Assembly: GCF_002105155.1 (NCBI RefSeq)
Contig: NW_019028993.1
Span: 62,001 to 126,000 of the forward strand
Direction of reading: 5' to 3'
DNA length: 64,000 nt
Source: Lobosporangium transversale
Lineage: Eukaryota
Part shown: positions 36,689-49,091 of the stretch, in pieces
Numbering within the stretch: position 1 is the stretch's first letter
Layout: each line of letters begins with the position of its first letter
Notes under the pieces: generated by a model
Told to the model about the DNA's origin: nothing
Databases searched by the model: none
Seen by the model: only the letters and a program-made list of their open reading frames with translations
Position numbers and translations under genes: made by a program

Positions 36689-38437
36689 ATGACTGAGCCC
36701 CGTCACATTTTGCTTCGATGTGGGCAAAGCACATTAATCTTTCAAAGAATGTATGAACATTATGATTGTCTTTGTCTTATCCAGTTTGAGTGTCATGGAG
36801 AATTCATAAGGCACTTGTGGGCATGTCTCGAAATCGCTCAACTAGGAAGGATCATCAACATTTATCTTGATTTTGATGGCGCTGTCGATAATCATATTGG
36901 TGATTGTGTTGATATAAGCGAACCAGAAAGCCCCTACTCAAGTAGTGCAGACTATTCCACTGATTCATTAGCCAGTCAAGATCTGTCAAATCCAATACAG
37001 ATCAATATCCCACTGGAGAATGCACAGGCTGCAGTAGCGAGATCTGGCCAAAGCATGCAACGACCACTTCTGCCAAATGCTCTGGAGGCAAATCTAAACA
37101 ACGATATAAGAATATGTTCGGTCGCCATGCAGGGATTGGATATGAATACAAGTGGCAATGTGTCCTTGTCAAGAATCACTCATTACCATCAAAGAATCCA
37201 GTGTCAATCTCAATCTCAGTCTCAGTCTCAGCCTCAGTTTCCGTTTCAGTCTCGGAGCGAAATACTGGAAGCATCATCATACGCGGAAAAGTTTATTCGC
37301 TTCTTGGAAGAAGAATTTCCTCAACATCTCGATGGAGTCATGGCCAACCCACTATTCTCTCGTGAGGCCCAGGAAAAGTATACAAAGATCACGGATCAAA
37401 TCGCTAGTGTTTTAAATCAAAAATGGGATGCCAGGGGCTTGATCCAGTATTTTTCTCTTAGGGCTTTTGAGGGGATGATGATTGTGAACGAACATCATTG
37501 TGCGTGCATTCAGACCGTGGAGTTTTACCACAGGAATCCGGAACTCGATAAGCATCATGACAAATTCGAAAACACCGGATTCACTTTTCCAACCAGAAAG
37601 TAAAGAACATTAGCAATGGGGAGGATCTATAAGGACGAGTTTTTTTTTTTTTTTTTTTTTTTTTGTATAGTTCTCTATTTACTTATTTATTTATTTATTT
37701 ATTTATTTTAATATACCTCGATCGATCTATTTAGTTCGAGTGTTGGAGTAGGGATCCTTCGTATTAGAGGCCGTTCCAACCTGATTGTAAGTACACGGAT
37801 ATTTAACGCTCTAGTCACATCCTACCTCCACACCAACATACCAGGCATAAAAATAGGCCCAATCGCTCCCAGCGAAGCAGATTACATGTACAAGGACTCT
37901 CAAATATTTATTCGGAAGGAGGCTTTGGACGACTTGAGTCAAGGTATAGTTACAGGAAGGCTCCCGGAGAGAGTCAATCAAGATCGTAGCGTTTGCCAAC
38001 TGCGTCAGGTTCGATCTCGATTCCATGAGCTTTCAACGTATTGGCCACTACGCTCGTGGGGAGCCCTCTTGGATCAACACTTGCTGCCGGTGACTATCTG
38101 GACATTATATCTGTTTCCTCAGCGACGATCTGGTTCAGCGCTCCTTGTTGCATCTGAGCTATTTGCCTCTATAGCCCGAGAGGTTTGGGGCAAAGGGCCG
38201 GATGCTACTCTTACGATGGAATACGTTAGATCCCAGGTCAGTAAGGTGACATTCAGGGACAGGCCAGGTGAGATTTGTCGAGGTTTGCAAAATGTCCTTG
38301 GGCTTTTTGAAGGTCATGACCAGATGAAGATTATCGGGAATAAGGAACTCAATGAGCGCTTACAAGAGATTGCCAAAGCAATGGGTAGTGCTCTGGTTCG
38401 ACGAAACGAAAACATTCCAAAGATGATCATGATATAG
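36689..38437 (+). CDS. Hypothetical lineage-specific protein. Exons 36689-37599 and 37735-38437
   Basis: ORFs 36662-37603 and 37886-38437 join in frame through a GT..AG intron at 37600-37734. Contains a QS repeat. No recognisable family motif. Confidence 0.65.
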
Positions 38438-38783
38438 GAGTATTATCGTATCTTTTTTTTTTTTTTTTTCTTCAACCCGTTATTTGCGTTATTCCCCAAG
38501 CAACAGCAACTTTAGTCTGTTTAACATACATACTGTATAGCTTTTTGCTTATTTGTACAGCTTTCTAGCTTTCTATTCTTTCTAATTGCACATTGTATAC
38601 TTCATATCACTATAATAAAGGGAAGTCAAATCCTTAACAAGTGCAAAGTGGCTTGGACATTTGGGCAAAGGAGAAAAAATGTATCACGTGCGACAATGGG
38701 AAGAGGAAAAACGTCCATGTAGTCCAACTCTTTTCTACACCTTCGCCCTTCTCACGAATTTACACTAAAAAAAAAAAAGCGCC

Positions 38784-39057
38784 ATGGCGAATAAAGGTGC
38801 ATATGCCGCTATTGAAATCGACGATGACGGGGTATGTTTCCTCGTGTCATTTCATTGTCTCTCTCCTTATCCTTCATGCAAGCCAGACAGGGAAACAAAA
38901 AAGAAAAACGAAAAAAGAAAAAAAGGAATACAACAACACGACATCAACACCCAATAATGCAATTACTAGCGATTTGCACTTTTTTAAAAGACCCAGATAT
39001 CAATAAGTTTACAACCAATGAAGACGTTCTGACTTGAGTCAAGAAAGAAGCACTCGG

Positions 39058-39092
<35 letters not shown>

Positions 39093-39745
39093 GTTAACTT
39101 GTACAGTTATTGCGCCTAGGAGCAGCAATTAAATCAAAAAAAAAAAAATGCCAAGCCAAATTCAAACCTAACCTTTATCTTTATTTTTTTTTTTCCTTCA
39201 TCTTTTGCCTTGATTAATATATGTTTATCCTTTATCGTAGCTTGAATTCCAGAGTACGTTCATTACTATTACTACAAATTCAAGTGTTTGTTTGTTTGTT
39301 TTTTTTTTTTTTTCTTGTTTGCAAGTGGATATGTATTTACACGCGACAACCATCGAGATACATATGTCAACCCTTACGGAACTAAAAAGACTTTATAACC
39401 TAAAGCAACAGCGTCAATTAGGGCGGGATAAAGCTATAAAAATCAATTCTGGAGAAACAAGCAATCGGTACATTCTAACCGCACGGAGCATAGAAAAAAA
39501 AAAAAAAAAAAAAAAAAGACAATGGGGAGGGGGGGGGCGTAAAAAACTATGAATAGGATTCATTCAAGTTTTTGATGAGACAGAATATGATAGTACAGGA
39601 AAAGACAGGACAGGACAGGACAGGTTAGGGTAGGGCAGAACAGGATTACTGAGAATGCATAAATATTCAGGAATCAGGGAAACAATAGAGAAAGTGTTTT
39701 AAACTTGAGTATTTTCATTTATTCATTCATTAACATTTTGTTATA

Positions 39746-39780
<35 letters not shown>

Positions 39781-40428
39781 ATTGGTTGTTGTTGTTGCTG
39801 TTGTAGGCTTTGCTTCTTCTTCTTCACCAGGAACCTCTGGAAATATCACACCATCCAACAACACACCGCAGTCCAGACCAGCAGGTAGCTTATATATATT
39901 CTTTAAACTAAGACACTCTGAGATACTACGATATCTATAATGCATTCTCATTTCCTGATTATTATTATTATTATTATTATTATTTTATCGTTTTTATTTT
40001 ATTGCTAAACATTATTATTCTCTCAAAAGGATTCAATACTGGAGGAGCCTTTGATCCTCACCGGTCAATCCAAGATCAAACTGTGAGCAAACCTATTTGG
40101 TCAGTAGAATACTATGCCAAGTTCTTTGATGTCGACACTACTCAGGTAAACACCATTGGAGATTCACGTTTAGAAGAAGAGGAAGAATAAGAAAAAAAAA
40201 AAAAAAAAAAAAAACTACGATATGGAAAATCAACCTACAACCAGCTCATTTGTTCTAATTCAACTGACATTTCTTTTTTCTTTTTTTTTTTTTTTTTTTA
40301 TGAAGGTGATGGAAAGATGTATGGCGAGTATTATTCCCAAAGAAAACTTTTTGGATATTATGGCCGGAAATCCTGATTTGTATGGTATGTTCATTATTAA
40401 TATGGCCACTTTTATTTATTTATTTATT

Positions 40429-40468
<40 letters not shown>

Positions 40469-41044
40469 CTTCCAATTCTTCCAACTGACATTTCTCTCTT
40501 TTTTTTTTTTTGCCCTATATTTCCATCTATCTCCGACTCATTTTACAAAGGCCCCTTCTGGATTCCAACAACAGTGATTTTTGTTCTCTTTGTAACATCA
40601 TCGATCGTGAACTCTATCAATGCTTACTTGTCCTCTACACCTTACACCTACGATATCCGTCAGTTGACCTTCGCATTCGGCACGGTCTATTCTTATGCGT
40701 TCGCTGTCCCTGCTATGATTTGGGGTGCAACAAAGTATTTTGGTTGTCAACCTGATTTGCTCGAGATGTTGGCTCTTTATGGTTATGGTCTCACAGTCTG
40801 GATCCCAGTAGCGGTCCTCTGTATCCTGCCCTGGAATTTATTCCGCTGGGCTTTGGTCCTAGCAGGTGCCGCTGCCTCTGGGACCTTTCTCGTCCGGAAT
40901 ATGTATCCGGTCCTCTCTAGAGCAGAGGCACAGACCAGTAAGGTCATCTTGATCCTCGTCGTCTTCCTGCATGGCATCTTGGCATTGATCCTCAAATACA
41001 GGTTCTTTGCCTACAATGTTGTCGTCACCGAACCAGGGAAATAA
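38784..41044 (+). CDS. Yip1-domain Golgi membrane protein (Yip5/YIPF1-2 type). Exons 38784-38831, 39241-39253, 39807-39884, 40030-40145, 40306-40384, 40551-41044
   Basis: MANKGAYAAIEIDDDG|LEFQ, IWSVEYYAKFFDVDTTQV..RC, NPDLYGPFWIPTTVIF, LYGYGLTVWIPVAVLC and five TM helices. Confidence 0.9.
39745..39802 (+). repeat. Intronic (CTGTTG)n/(GTT)n microsatellite
   Basis: Direct reading of the sequence. Confidence 0.85.
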
Positions 41045-41140
41045 AAACCATTAATCGTAATAATAATAAAAAAGAAAGAACTGAACAGATGTCTGAAACA
41101 AGATTTAATCCCAACTTTCGCCGCATTTGATGCTTGTGAT

Positions 41141-41167
41141 AAATAAATAAATAAATAAATAAAAAAA

Positions 41168-41206
<39 letters not shown>

Positions 41207-41207
41207 A
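41141..41207 (+). repeat. (AAAT)n microsatellite between convergent genes
   Basis: Direct reading of the sequence. Confidence 0.9.
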
Positions 41208-41378
41208 AAAAAAAAAATTATTTAATTATTTTTATTTCTCGCGAAAGGATAAATATACAAGGGGATGGAGTACAAATTGTCTTTGACAGAGACAAAGGGG
41301 AATTTCTTTTTGGTTGCAATGACTAGGCGGAAAGGTAAAGAAACATACTACCCAAAGCTTTACTGCAAGTTTTAGTGT

Positions 41379-44300
41379 TTATGCAATGACCTCTATGGCA
41401 GCTGTGGAAACTAAAGAGTCTTCTTCAATGCCAGGCATTGTATTAATTACTTGTTGACTTTGTTGGCTCGACTGTTGGTTTTGCTCAATCGATTCTCCTT
41501 CCACGCCAAACGTAGTGGGGGTGGAGAGCCTCTGTGAACCTGAATTTGGAGCAGCAGCACAAGCTCCTGATGGTTCGACAATCGTATTAGCCCTCTGCCT
41601 TGCAGCTGGCAGCTCTGGGCCGCGCTCCATTGCCAGACGAGTCATCATCATATCGTGTTCATTTTCAACCCAGATACGGGTCTTTTTCCGTCCACGCTGT
41701 ACAAAGTTTGCTTGTCGCTCGATCGATAGCGCTTTAATTTTGCTCATCGTTGAAACCGACAGTAATGAACAGTATTCCACATTCACCTGTTCTAGGCGAG
41801 AGTCCCTTGTCCACACAAACGAAGAGTCGTCCTTTTCATCCGATTCAGATACTACTTCAGATTGTGGGGTGGACATAGGCATTTCTTCTGTTTCCTTTGA
41901 TGACGATATGGATGATGGGGCTTCTGTGCAGGCTGTTGTCATGGTGGTGGCTGATTCGGTCTTGCAGTTGTCGGCTGCCATACTGTCTTGACGAATGATC
42001 TCATTCGACACCATTTCGGCTCTATTACTTGCGTTTAGCTCGGTGGATGTTGAGCCACAAGCCTGTTGGATAGATGAACTCGTAGGCACAGCCAATGAAC
42101 AGACTCCCTGACTTTCGGCTTGTTTCGATGGGATAGGCAGAGCCGGTAGTAAAGGAATGCATAGGAATGGCCGCTGGTTTCCAGCCTCGGCTGTCGTTAG
42201 TAAAACTTGGCCATTTTGTTGGGCTTTGGCTGCATTTTCAGAATAAGATGGTGACGCTGACGATGACAATGACGCTGACGATGACGATGATGCTGATGAT
42301 GACGCCGATGATGATGATGACGATGACGATAACGACGATCCTGACGATGACGATGATCCTGACGATGGTGCTGACGACGCTGTTAACGAAGTTGGGCCGT
42401 AAGATGAATATAAAGGCACAATAGACGCGAACACAGCTGCTCCGTGGTGAGGGCTCTCACTGCCCTTATCAATATAAACGCCCTTGCCCTTGGCTTCTTT
42501 GGACAAGATTCTCTGTTCATCAGTGTCTTCCCCATGGCCTGTATCCGTCATCATTGTTTCGCCACATTCCCTTTCTTTGTCTTCAGCATTATGCTCTAAC
42601 TGCTCGCTATCAATCTCATCGTCACGGTCAAAGGATTTGAAGGTAATATTGCGATGATATCTTTGTAAATCTAGACGCATGTCAAGATCCATACTAGTAT
42701 CTTCGTCAATATTCATCGAAAGATCTGTTTCAATCACTTCATCAAGATCAAGGTTCATAATCGTCCTTAGAGCCATAGCGCCGGTATGATAGTGGACAAG
42801 ACCATGCTGCGACTGTTTCTTCGTGTATCCACCATTTGTAGAATAAGCGGGCATAACATCTTGTTGATCACTATCCATATTGGTGTCCATATATTCACCA
42901 TCATCTTCTTCACTTTCATCCTTCAGCCGCATTTCCATGCCACGTTTTCTGGATAAATCGGGCCTTTCCTCATCTGGGCTATCGGCTGTACTTTCCATCA
43001 TTTCCTGCTCAATTGAGGTTAGTTCATCTTTACTCTCAGCCAAATCTCCAACTTGCTCAGGTGTCAATTCCGTGATCGATGCAGTACTTGAATAGGTCGC
43101 AGCCGGGGTCTGTAGTTGGGTTGGAGAAAGCATATTTGAGGGCACTTGAGCTGAAAGTGTGTCCTCTGGAAGTGGGGCCGTGGAAACGATAGACTCTCTC
43201 TTGACTTCGCCCAAGCATTTGCAAATGATATCCGCTGTACTTTCTCCAATGTCTGTGTAACTAACATTAAGGTACCGCAACATGCCGCACTCACGCAAGA
43301 CATTTTCCAATGCTTTTTCTGAAAACTGCCAATGATTGATGTCCAAGAGCTCGACGTTCTGACAGTTGAGAGCAATCTGCTCGAGAATATCGTTGGCTAG
43401 ATCGCCATGCACATCATGACAGCCAAGGGTGAGCACACGCAAATTTGAAGCGCAAGGACGACTCAACATCATACTCACATCCTTGGCCTCTGATTCTAGA
43501 ATGTCTAGGCGGAAGCAATTGAGGCCCGAGCCATGCTCTCCAATGGCCAGGCATGTCTCCTGGTTTAGAGTATCCTCCATTCCTAACAAGATCAAAGCTT
43601 TAAGGACGCCCTTGGCTGCTGCAGGCGTGGACATGCCCTTCATGATGCTCATTAAAGAGTCTGTTTCGATATCCGAATTGGAAAAGTCCAAGTGCTCCAA
43701 TGTCAATTTGCAACCTTCTATCAGCTTGATCACCTCCTCACGGAAGAGGTGTATGCCTCCTGGGGCTGAAAACTTTTTGAGCTTTGTACAAGCCTTGCCC
43801 AGAGAGGCTAGGTCGCAGTTTTGGAAATCATGCGACTTGAGGACCAGTGTTTCTAAAGTTGGTCCATGAGTGGATGCTAACACATTGATGGTCCTGACCA
43901 GTTCATGTCCTTGACTAATCTCCCGATGGTTCTCCACATGCACCAACCTCAGCTCCTGTTGAGCAGCTACAAGTAAGGCCAGTGCTTGATCTGTTACTGA
44001 GTAGGAGTGGGGATAGTGCTGCCAATGTGTTGCGACTTTTAGGAACTCGATCTTGCGGCAGTTCATAGATAAGGAGATAATCAAAGAGTCTGAGACAATT
44101 GCATAACGCAGATCCAGATATACTAGACTATGTGTTTGTTCCATAGTCAGCGGCCAGGCAGCAAGGATAGGCCGCGAGGAAGAGAGTGCTGAAGATGAGG
44201 CGGATGTGGCTCGAGGATGTAGATGAGTAAATTCCGACATGTACGGTTGCTGGAAATTGTACATTGGCTGTGCCACGGTTGTGGTTGTGAATGCTGACAA

Positions 44301-45464
44301 TGAGGGCGATGTTACTATTGGGATAGTCTGAAATAAATGTGACGTAGCAACATCAAGAACTCCTATTGTCTCATCAACATGCTCAACAGCCGCTGTCATT
44401 TGAGTGTTCTCACCAACTGCCGATGCTGTGGCTTCATTAACCTCGTCAATAACGGCCGCTTGTGCACTTGAGGAGCTTGATGTGGACAAGCTAACAGTAG
44501 AAACAAGAGTGATAGGCGATGGAGGTGTATATGATGGAGCGAGTTCGCTCATCTGCATAGGATTGTTTGAATGTATTACAGTACTCTGTACCGTATGGTC
44601 ATTACCATCCAATGATAAGGGTGAGGACTCTGTAGTGGATATGCTGTCCGTTACAGAGTGGACGAGAGGCATAGCTGTGGCGATTGGCTGGACTGGAAGA
44701 AGTGGTGGTGTGGCTAACAAGCTCACGTTCAACCCAACCATATACTCATCATCTGTAGCTTGTTGCATCATGTTAGCCCAATCATCACTGTCTGTACTAG
44801 CTGTGTTGGCGGTATTAATTGTATTGGCTGGCTCTGTATCTGTAATAGATCCTTCCACAGCTGTGTTATCTGCTGTCAGCACAGTGGTCGCGTTAGCACC
44901 ATCGCCCGTGTCCTCTTCAACAAAGTTGTTTATAACGGTGGTCATATGTGCGAATAGGCAACGGGGCAATCCAGGTGCATGGCAATGGACAAAGTCACTC
45001 AGATAAGGCCGATTGGCAAGCAAACAGCGGATCAAAAAGTCTTTTGGTGCTTCATTCCTGGTCCATCGAAAGCCCGTCAAAGCCTGGATATCCACCTCAC
45101 GCAGGTCAAACGTATCATGAACCCACTTGAGATTGACGCTCCTTGCGAAACTAGGGTAGGGAAAAGTCGTCCTTGAAGGGTCCAAACATGCATGGAAGAG
45201 TGTTCTGAGCAAGAGTATAGAGCCAAGCTTATCCATGACACGACCTTCAGTATCAAATTGATAGCTAAAGAGATAGGACCATGGGTGGCGATAGAGCTCT
45301 TGAAGAGCAGGTCGTGACCATTGACGCGTGGTGAGAGCACAATTTAGCAGGTCCTGTGGCTGTTGGCTGAGGTGCATAAAGATCTGGATCATCATATCCA
45401 TGGGTAGGAGCTGATGATTGTTATGACCATGCTGATAATAGCCAAAGACTGACGAGGCTGTCAT
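41379..45464 (-). CDS. F-box / leucine-rich-repeat (RNI-like) protein with long low-complexity inserts; start codon uncertain
   Basis: F-box-like LLPMDMMIQIFMHL...DLLNCALTTRQW...ALQELY. LRR units LVYLDLRY, LETLVLKS, LEHLDFSNSDI, LRVLTLGC, LRYLNVSYTDI and LEQVNVEYC. Ser-rich tract at about 42250-42380. Confidence 0.8.
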   Translation of the reverse strand: MTASSVFGYYQHGHNNHQLLPMDMMIQIFMHLSQQPQDLLNCALTTRQWSRPALQELYRHPWSYLFSYQFDTEGRVMDKLGSILLLRTLFHACLDPSRTTFPYPSFARSVNLKWVHDTFDLREVDIQALTGFRWTRNEAPKDFLIRCLLANRPYLSDFVHCHAPGLPRCLFAHMTTVINNFVEEDTGDGANATTVLTADNTAVEGSITDTEPANTINTANTASTDSDDWANMMQQATDDEYMVGLNVSLLATPPLLPVQPIATAMPLVHSVTDSISTTESSPLSLDGNDHTVQSTVIHSNNPMQMSELAPSYTPPSPITLVSTVSLSTSSSSSAQAAVIDEVNEATASAVGENTQMTAAVEHVDETIGVLDVATSHLFQTIPIVTSPSLSAFTTTTVAQPMYNFQQPYMSEFTHLHPRATSASSSALSSSRPILAAWPLTMEQTHSLVYLDLRYAIVSDSLIISLSMNCRKIEFLKVATHWQHYPHSYSVTDQALALLVAAQQELRLVHVENHREISQGHELVRTINVLASTHGPTLETLVLKSHDFQNCDLASLGKACTKLKKFSAPGGIHLFREEVIKLIEGCKLTLEHLDFSNSDIETDSLMSIMKGMSTPAAAKGVLKALILLGMEDTLNQETCLAIGEHGSGLNCFRLDILESEAKDVSMMLSRPCASNLRVLTLGCHDVHGDLANDILEQIALNCQNVELLDINHWQFSEKALENVLRECGMLRYLNVSYTDIGESTADIICKCLGEVKRESIVSTAPLPEDTLSAQVPSNMLSPTQLQTPAATYSSTASITELTPEQVGDLAESKDELTSIEQEMMESTADSPDEERPDLSRKRGMEMRLKDESEEDDGEYMDTNMDSDQQDVMPAYSTNGGYTKKQSQHGLVHYHTGAMALRTIMNLDLDEVIETDLSMNIDEDTSMDLDMRLDLQRYHRNITFKSFDRDDEIDSEQLEHNAEDKERECGETMMTDTGHGEDTDEQRILSKEAKGKGVYIDKGSESPHHGAAVFASIVPLYSSYGPTSLTASSAPSSGSSSSSGSSLSSSSSSSSASSSASSSSSASLSSSASPSYSENAAKAQQNGQVLLTTAEAGNQRPFLCIPLLPALPIPSKQAESQGVCSLAVPTSSSIQQACGSTSTELNASNRAEMVSNEIIRQDSMAADNCKTESATTMTTACTEAPSSISSSKETEEMPMSTPQSEVVSESDEKDDSSFVWTRDSRLEQVNVEYCSLLSVSTMSKIKALSIERQANFVQRGRKKTRIWVENEHDMMMTRLAMERGPELPAARQRANTIVEPSGACAAAPNSGSQRLSTPTTFGVEGESIEQNQQSSQQSQQVINTMPGIEEDSLVSTAAIEVIA

Positions 45465-46401
45465 GATGCAAAGCGACCTGCACTTTTTTTTCCTTCTTTT
45501 TATTCCTAGAAATGCACGGAAAGTGTCCAAAGCCAGCGAACAGATTAAGGAGAGGATGAATGAGTATTTACTTGCTACCTCTTTGAGCTGGGAACTGTAG
45601 GGCATAAAGGAAGGAGTATTGCTGTTGATTGTTTGAATATTAAGCTGGCTGAAGACTGAAGACCAAGTAGTCATTGTGATATTACATGGAGTGAAAGAAG
45701 CGTAGTCACGGAGAAGGACGACGAGAATAAGCAAAGACCATACTCGATCCGCGCGTCTAGTTCAGCATTCACTGATCAGTCTTTCGAAACAAAGGAAGGA
45801 GGGAAGGGTATCAATGATATAATGAATGAGGTGTGCAAGGATGTCAAGTTGACGTTGTTACTGTTGAGTTTAAGCAAATAAGAAGACGCCATGGTATCCT
45901 CAAATCATCTCATCGCCAGCTTCCATAGCCCAACTTGCTCATAACCTCGTAGCCACAGCCATTGTCTTTGTTTTATCCTCTCGGGTACACGACTCTTAAC
46001 GTGTACAAACGAATGTATACATTCATGCAACACACAACGGATTGGGACTGATAACCCATCCATGCAATCATACAATTCCACATGAACACTAAACCAATCA
46101 AAGCAACAACGAGTCTCTTGGAGCTTAAAACGCATCCCAAGAAAATTAAAAAAGTCAGATGTCCAAACTTTTTTCTTCAGAAGCACAAGCCCTTTTTTTT
46201 TTTTTTTTTTTTTTTCATTTGTATTTGCACTCGTAACTATGAGATATGACTTTATGACTCTCCAAGTGAGGATTCATTTTAAGTGACTGAAGAAAGAAAA
46301 GAAGAAAAAAATACAACACCCAAACCAGAAAAGACACAAATAGCAATTTCATTGTCAGTTGTGGTCTGTTTAGCTAGTGCATCGATAGGACAGAGCACTG
46401 A

Positions 46402-46434
<33 letters not shown>

Positions 46435-49091
46435 CCCTTCATGATAGACGCGGGGATGATGCATGGATGGTGACTGCAAATGAGGACTGCGAACAGGGCG
46501 AAGTTAGGCTCTTTTTTTTTTTTTTTTTTTTTTCTTTTACGAGAAAAAGAAAAAATGTCGTAAGAATAAAGGAGGCAATGAATCGTATTCCCTGTAATGT
46601 GGTGGTGAGAACTTGAGGCATTTACCTAAGATGATTGCTGGCAGTGATAGTAACGGGGAGAAGAGAGTTGGTGTGAGGAAGTGAGGTCAAGCTTTGATTT
46701 TATCAGTCAGCTAGTCAGTCAATATATCGAGTGAGACGTGAGACTGAAGGATGGAAGACAGAAAAGAGTGAAAAGTGAAAAGAAAGCTTTTTTTTTATAA
46801 GGATGCGTAGAGCAGAGCCAAAAAAGAAGCCAAGAAATGGGGGAGAGAAGATCAAGGTAGCATGAAGTAAATAGAAGAGATAAGAGGTGAGGCGAAATAG
46901 AGCTTTAGGGAAGAAAAGAAAAGAAAAGGAAAAGGTGTAAAGTGAGTTGAGTGAGGGTAAAGGGTGAAAAAAGAGTCTGTGGGAAATAAAGAAAAGAAGA
47001 AAGAAAGGCCTTGATGGTAATTACATTTTCCATTAGAAAAAAAAAGGGGGGAGAGACAAAGGAAGGACTGTCTCTTGCCACGGATTGTTGGAAGAGACAG
47101 TAATCAAAAGGGTACATGGACATTAGAGCATTAAAGGCAATGTCCCGTTGTCTTGTTCTAATCTCACAATATACTTTCACACTGCCGGACTGGTGATCTG
47201 TACAGTACTCTCTCCTGCTGGAGTACATGTGCTTTTATCACAGTACATGCACTGCAAGGGGGAACAAAGATGCGTGATACCGTTCTGGAATCACCTGTCT
47301 TTATTCTCCCTCTCTCTCTCTTTATCTCTCTCTCTCTCTCTATCTCTCTATGTATATCTCTGACTCTCTAAAGAAAGGAAGGAAGGGAAAAAGGATCCCG
47401 ACCCCAGACATTGTATTTTACATGAGCTATCCCAACACTATGCAGTCCTGCATTTTCCACTAATCCCAAATGTCTTCTTTTACCAGATTGACGGGTCTTC
47501 TCCACAATTCAATTTATCAACAATTTCCTCCGTCCACAACTCCGACGCCATCAACATAGCTCTCAAGTCTTGCTTCTTTTAATGGTCAATCATTCGATAG
47601 CTCTACTACTGTATCTCCCTTCCGGATCTTCAACCTCTTCTATTTCTTTTATCTCTAATATCCTCTTGGTCTCAAGCTCCCTATTGTAACTGTTGTATAC
47701 AACCTTGCTAGCCGAATCCTTCTTTCTCCTGTCTTTATTGTTGTTGCTCCCATGCAGAGAGCATAGTACACGATACCAACATTGATCCTGCCGGAATTTC
47801 CAATGCCACTACCAAGTTCCAATCATTGTCTGTAAAATGCTCGGATCTTTGAAATGGATAGTTTTTTTTGATGGCGTGCCATGGAGAATCAAAGTGTTTT
47901 GTCTTTATCCATCAAAGTCTAATGAGCATGACTGACATGCCACTTTGCCACTTGGTAACCAACAGAAACGCAAAAAGAAATAAAAAAATAAAAATCCTTT
48001 TGACAAAATTAATTTTATTATTTTTTTCTGCTTTTTTTTTTTTAAAAGGTATATGGATAAATAAATGCCTTAAATGAATCAGGCACAAATATCGAAAAAC
48101 TATCTACACTATGAAATAAAAAAGAAATCATTGTCGCACTCGGACGTATCCTGACATCGTCTTTTTTTTTTTTTTTGAAAGGCTCTTGAGTGCTCTGAGA
48201 AACTCGAGTAGTTCGACAATTGACAACTGATATGAAGGAATTAAATCATTTGAAATAATAAAAAAAAAGCAAAGAGGTGTGTCTTCAGGAAAGAAAAATA
48301 AAAAAATAAAAAAAATAAAATAAAAATAAAGGTGGAAAGTGGAGTGTTGCCCAGTCACTGTTTGTGCTCCGTGTTCGTATTGTCTGCGATTGGCTTAGGC
48401 TACGTTAGCCTTACGGCACGCTAGGCACTAGGAGAACACATAACAACACTGTTCAGCAACTCAAGAACAATCACTGTATTTGACATTCAATAAAAGAAAA
48501 AACAAATTGAAAATAAAAGGAGAAGAATGAAAAAGAGAAGAGAGAATGGTCCCATTCCGGTAACCCCCCCACCCACTTCAATCATCCTTTGAAAAAATAA
48601 AAAGTGTAGTTGGGATGGAAAGAAAATAAAATCTATCGAACTTGTAATATAATATTGACTTCTTAGCTTCCTTCCTGCAATGCGATCTCGTAACGACGGT
48701 GTTCCAACTCATGACATTAATTTATCGATATTCCAAAATATAAAGTGCCTGTGCTTCTTTCTTGCATAGTCCTATTGCTGTTGATGTTCGAGTGACAAGT
48801 GACGTTGGTGTTGTCTTTTTTTTTTTTTTTTTTTTTTTTGTTATGCTGTTCTAGGAGTACTTTCCGCCCAAAAGGTAATCCTCTTGTTGGGATAATCATC
48901 AACACTCCCCATCCTCATAGCAACATCAAAATTGAAGGGCAAAAAAAAAAAAAAAAAAAAAAAAAAAGAAAATGCACACACTCTCCTCTTATGTAATGCA
49001 CACACTCAACTCCTTCCTCTTTCTCGTAACATGAAAACAACAACATGGGGGGAGCAAAAAAAAAAAAAATGCATGCAATAACAAAAGTCAT

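Noticed and set aside
39601..39645. (GACAG)n/(GGTAG) short repeats resembling telomeric or CRISPR-like arrays
   Set aside because: An intronic pentanucleotide microsatellite with no spacers and only one TTAGGG; the context is eukaryotic.
46186..49000. Numerous short ORFs rich in poly-Lys or poly-Phe here, at 50400-52200 and elsewhere
   Set aside because: Artefacts of poly(A)/poly(T) tracts in UTRs, introns and intergenic DNA.
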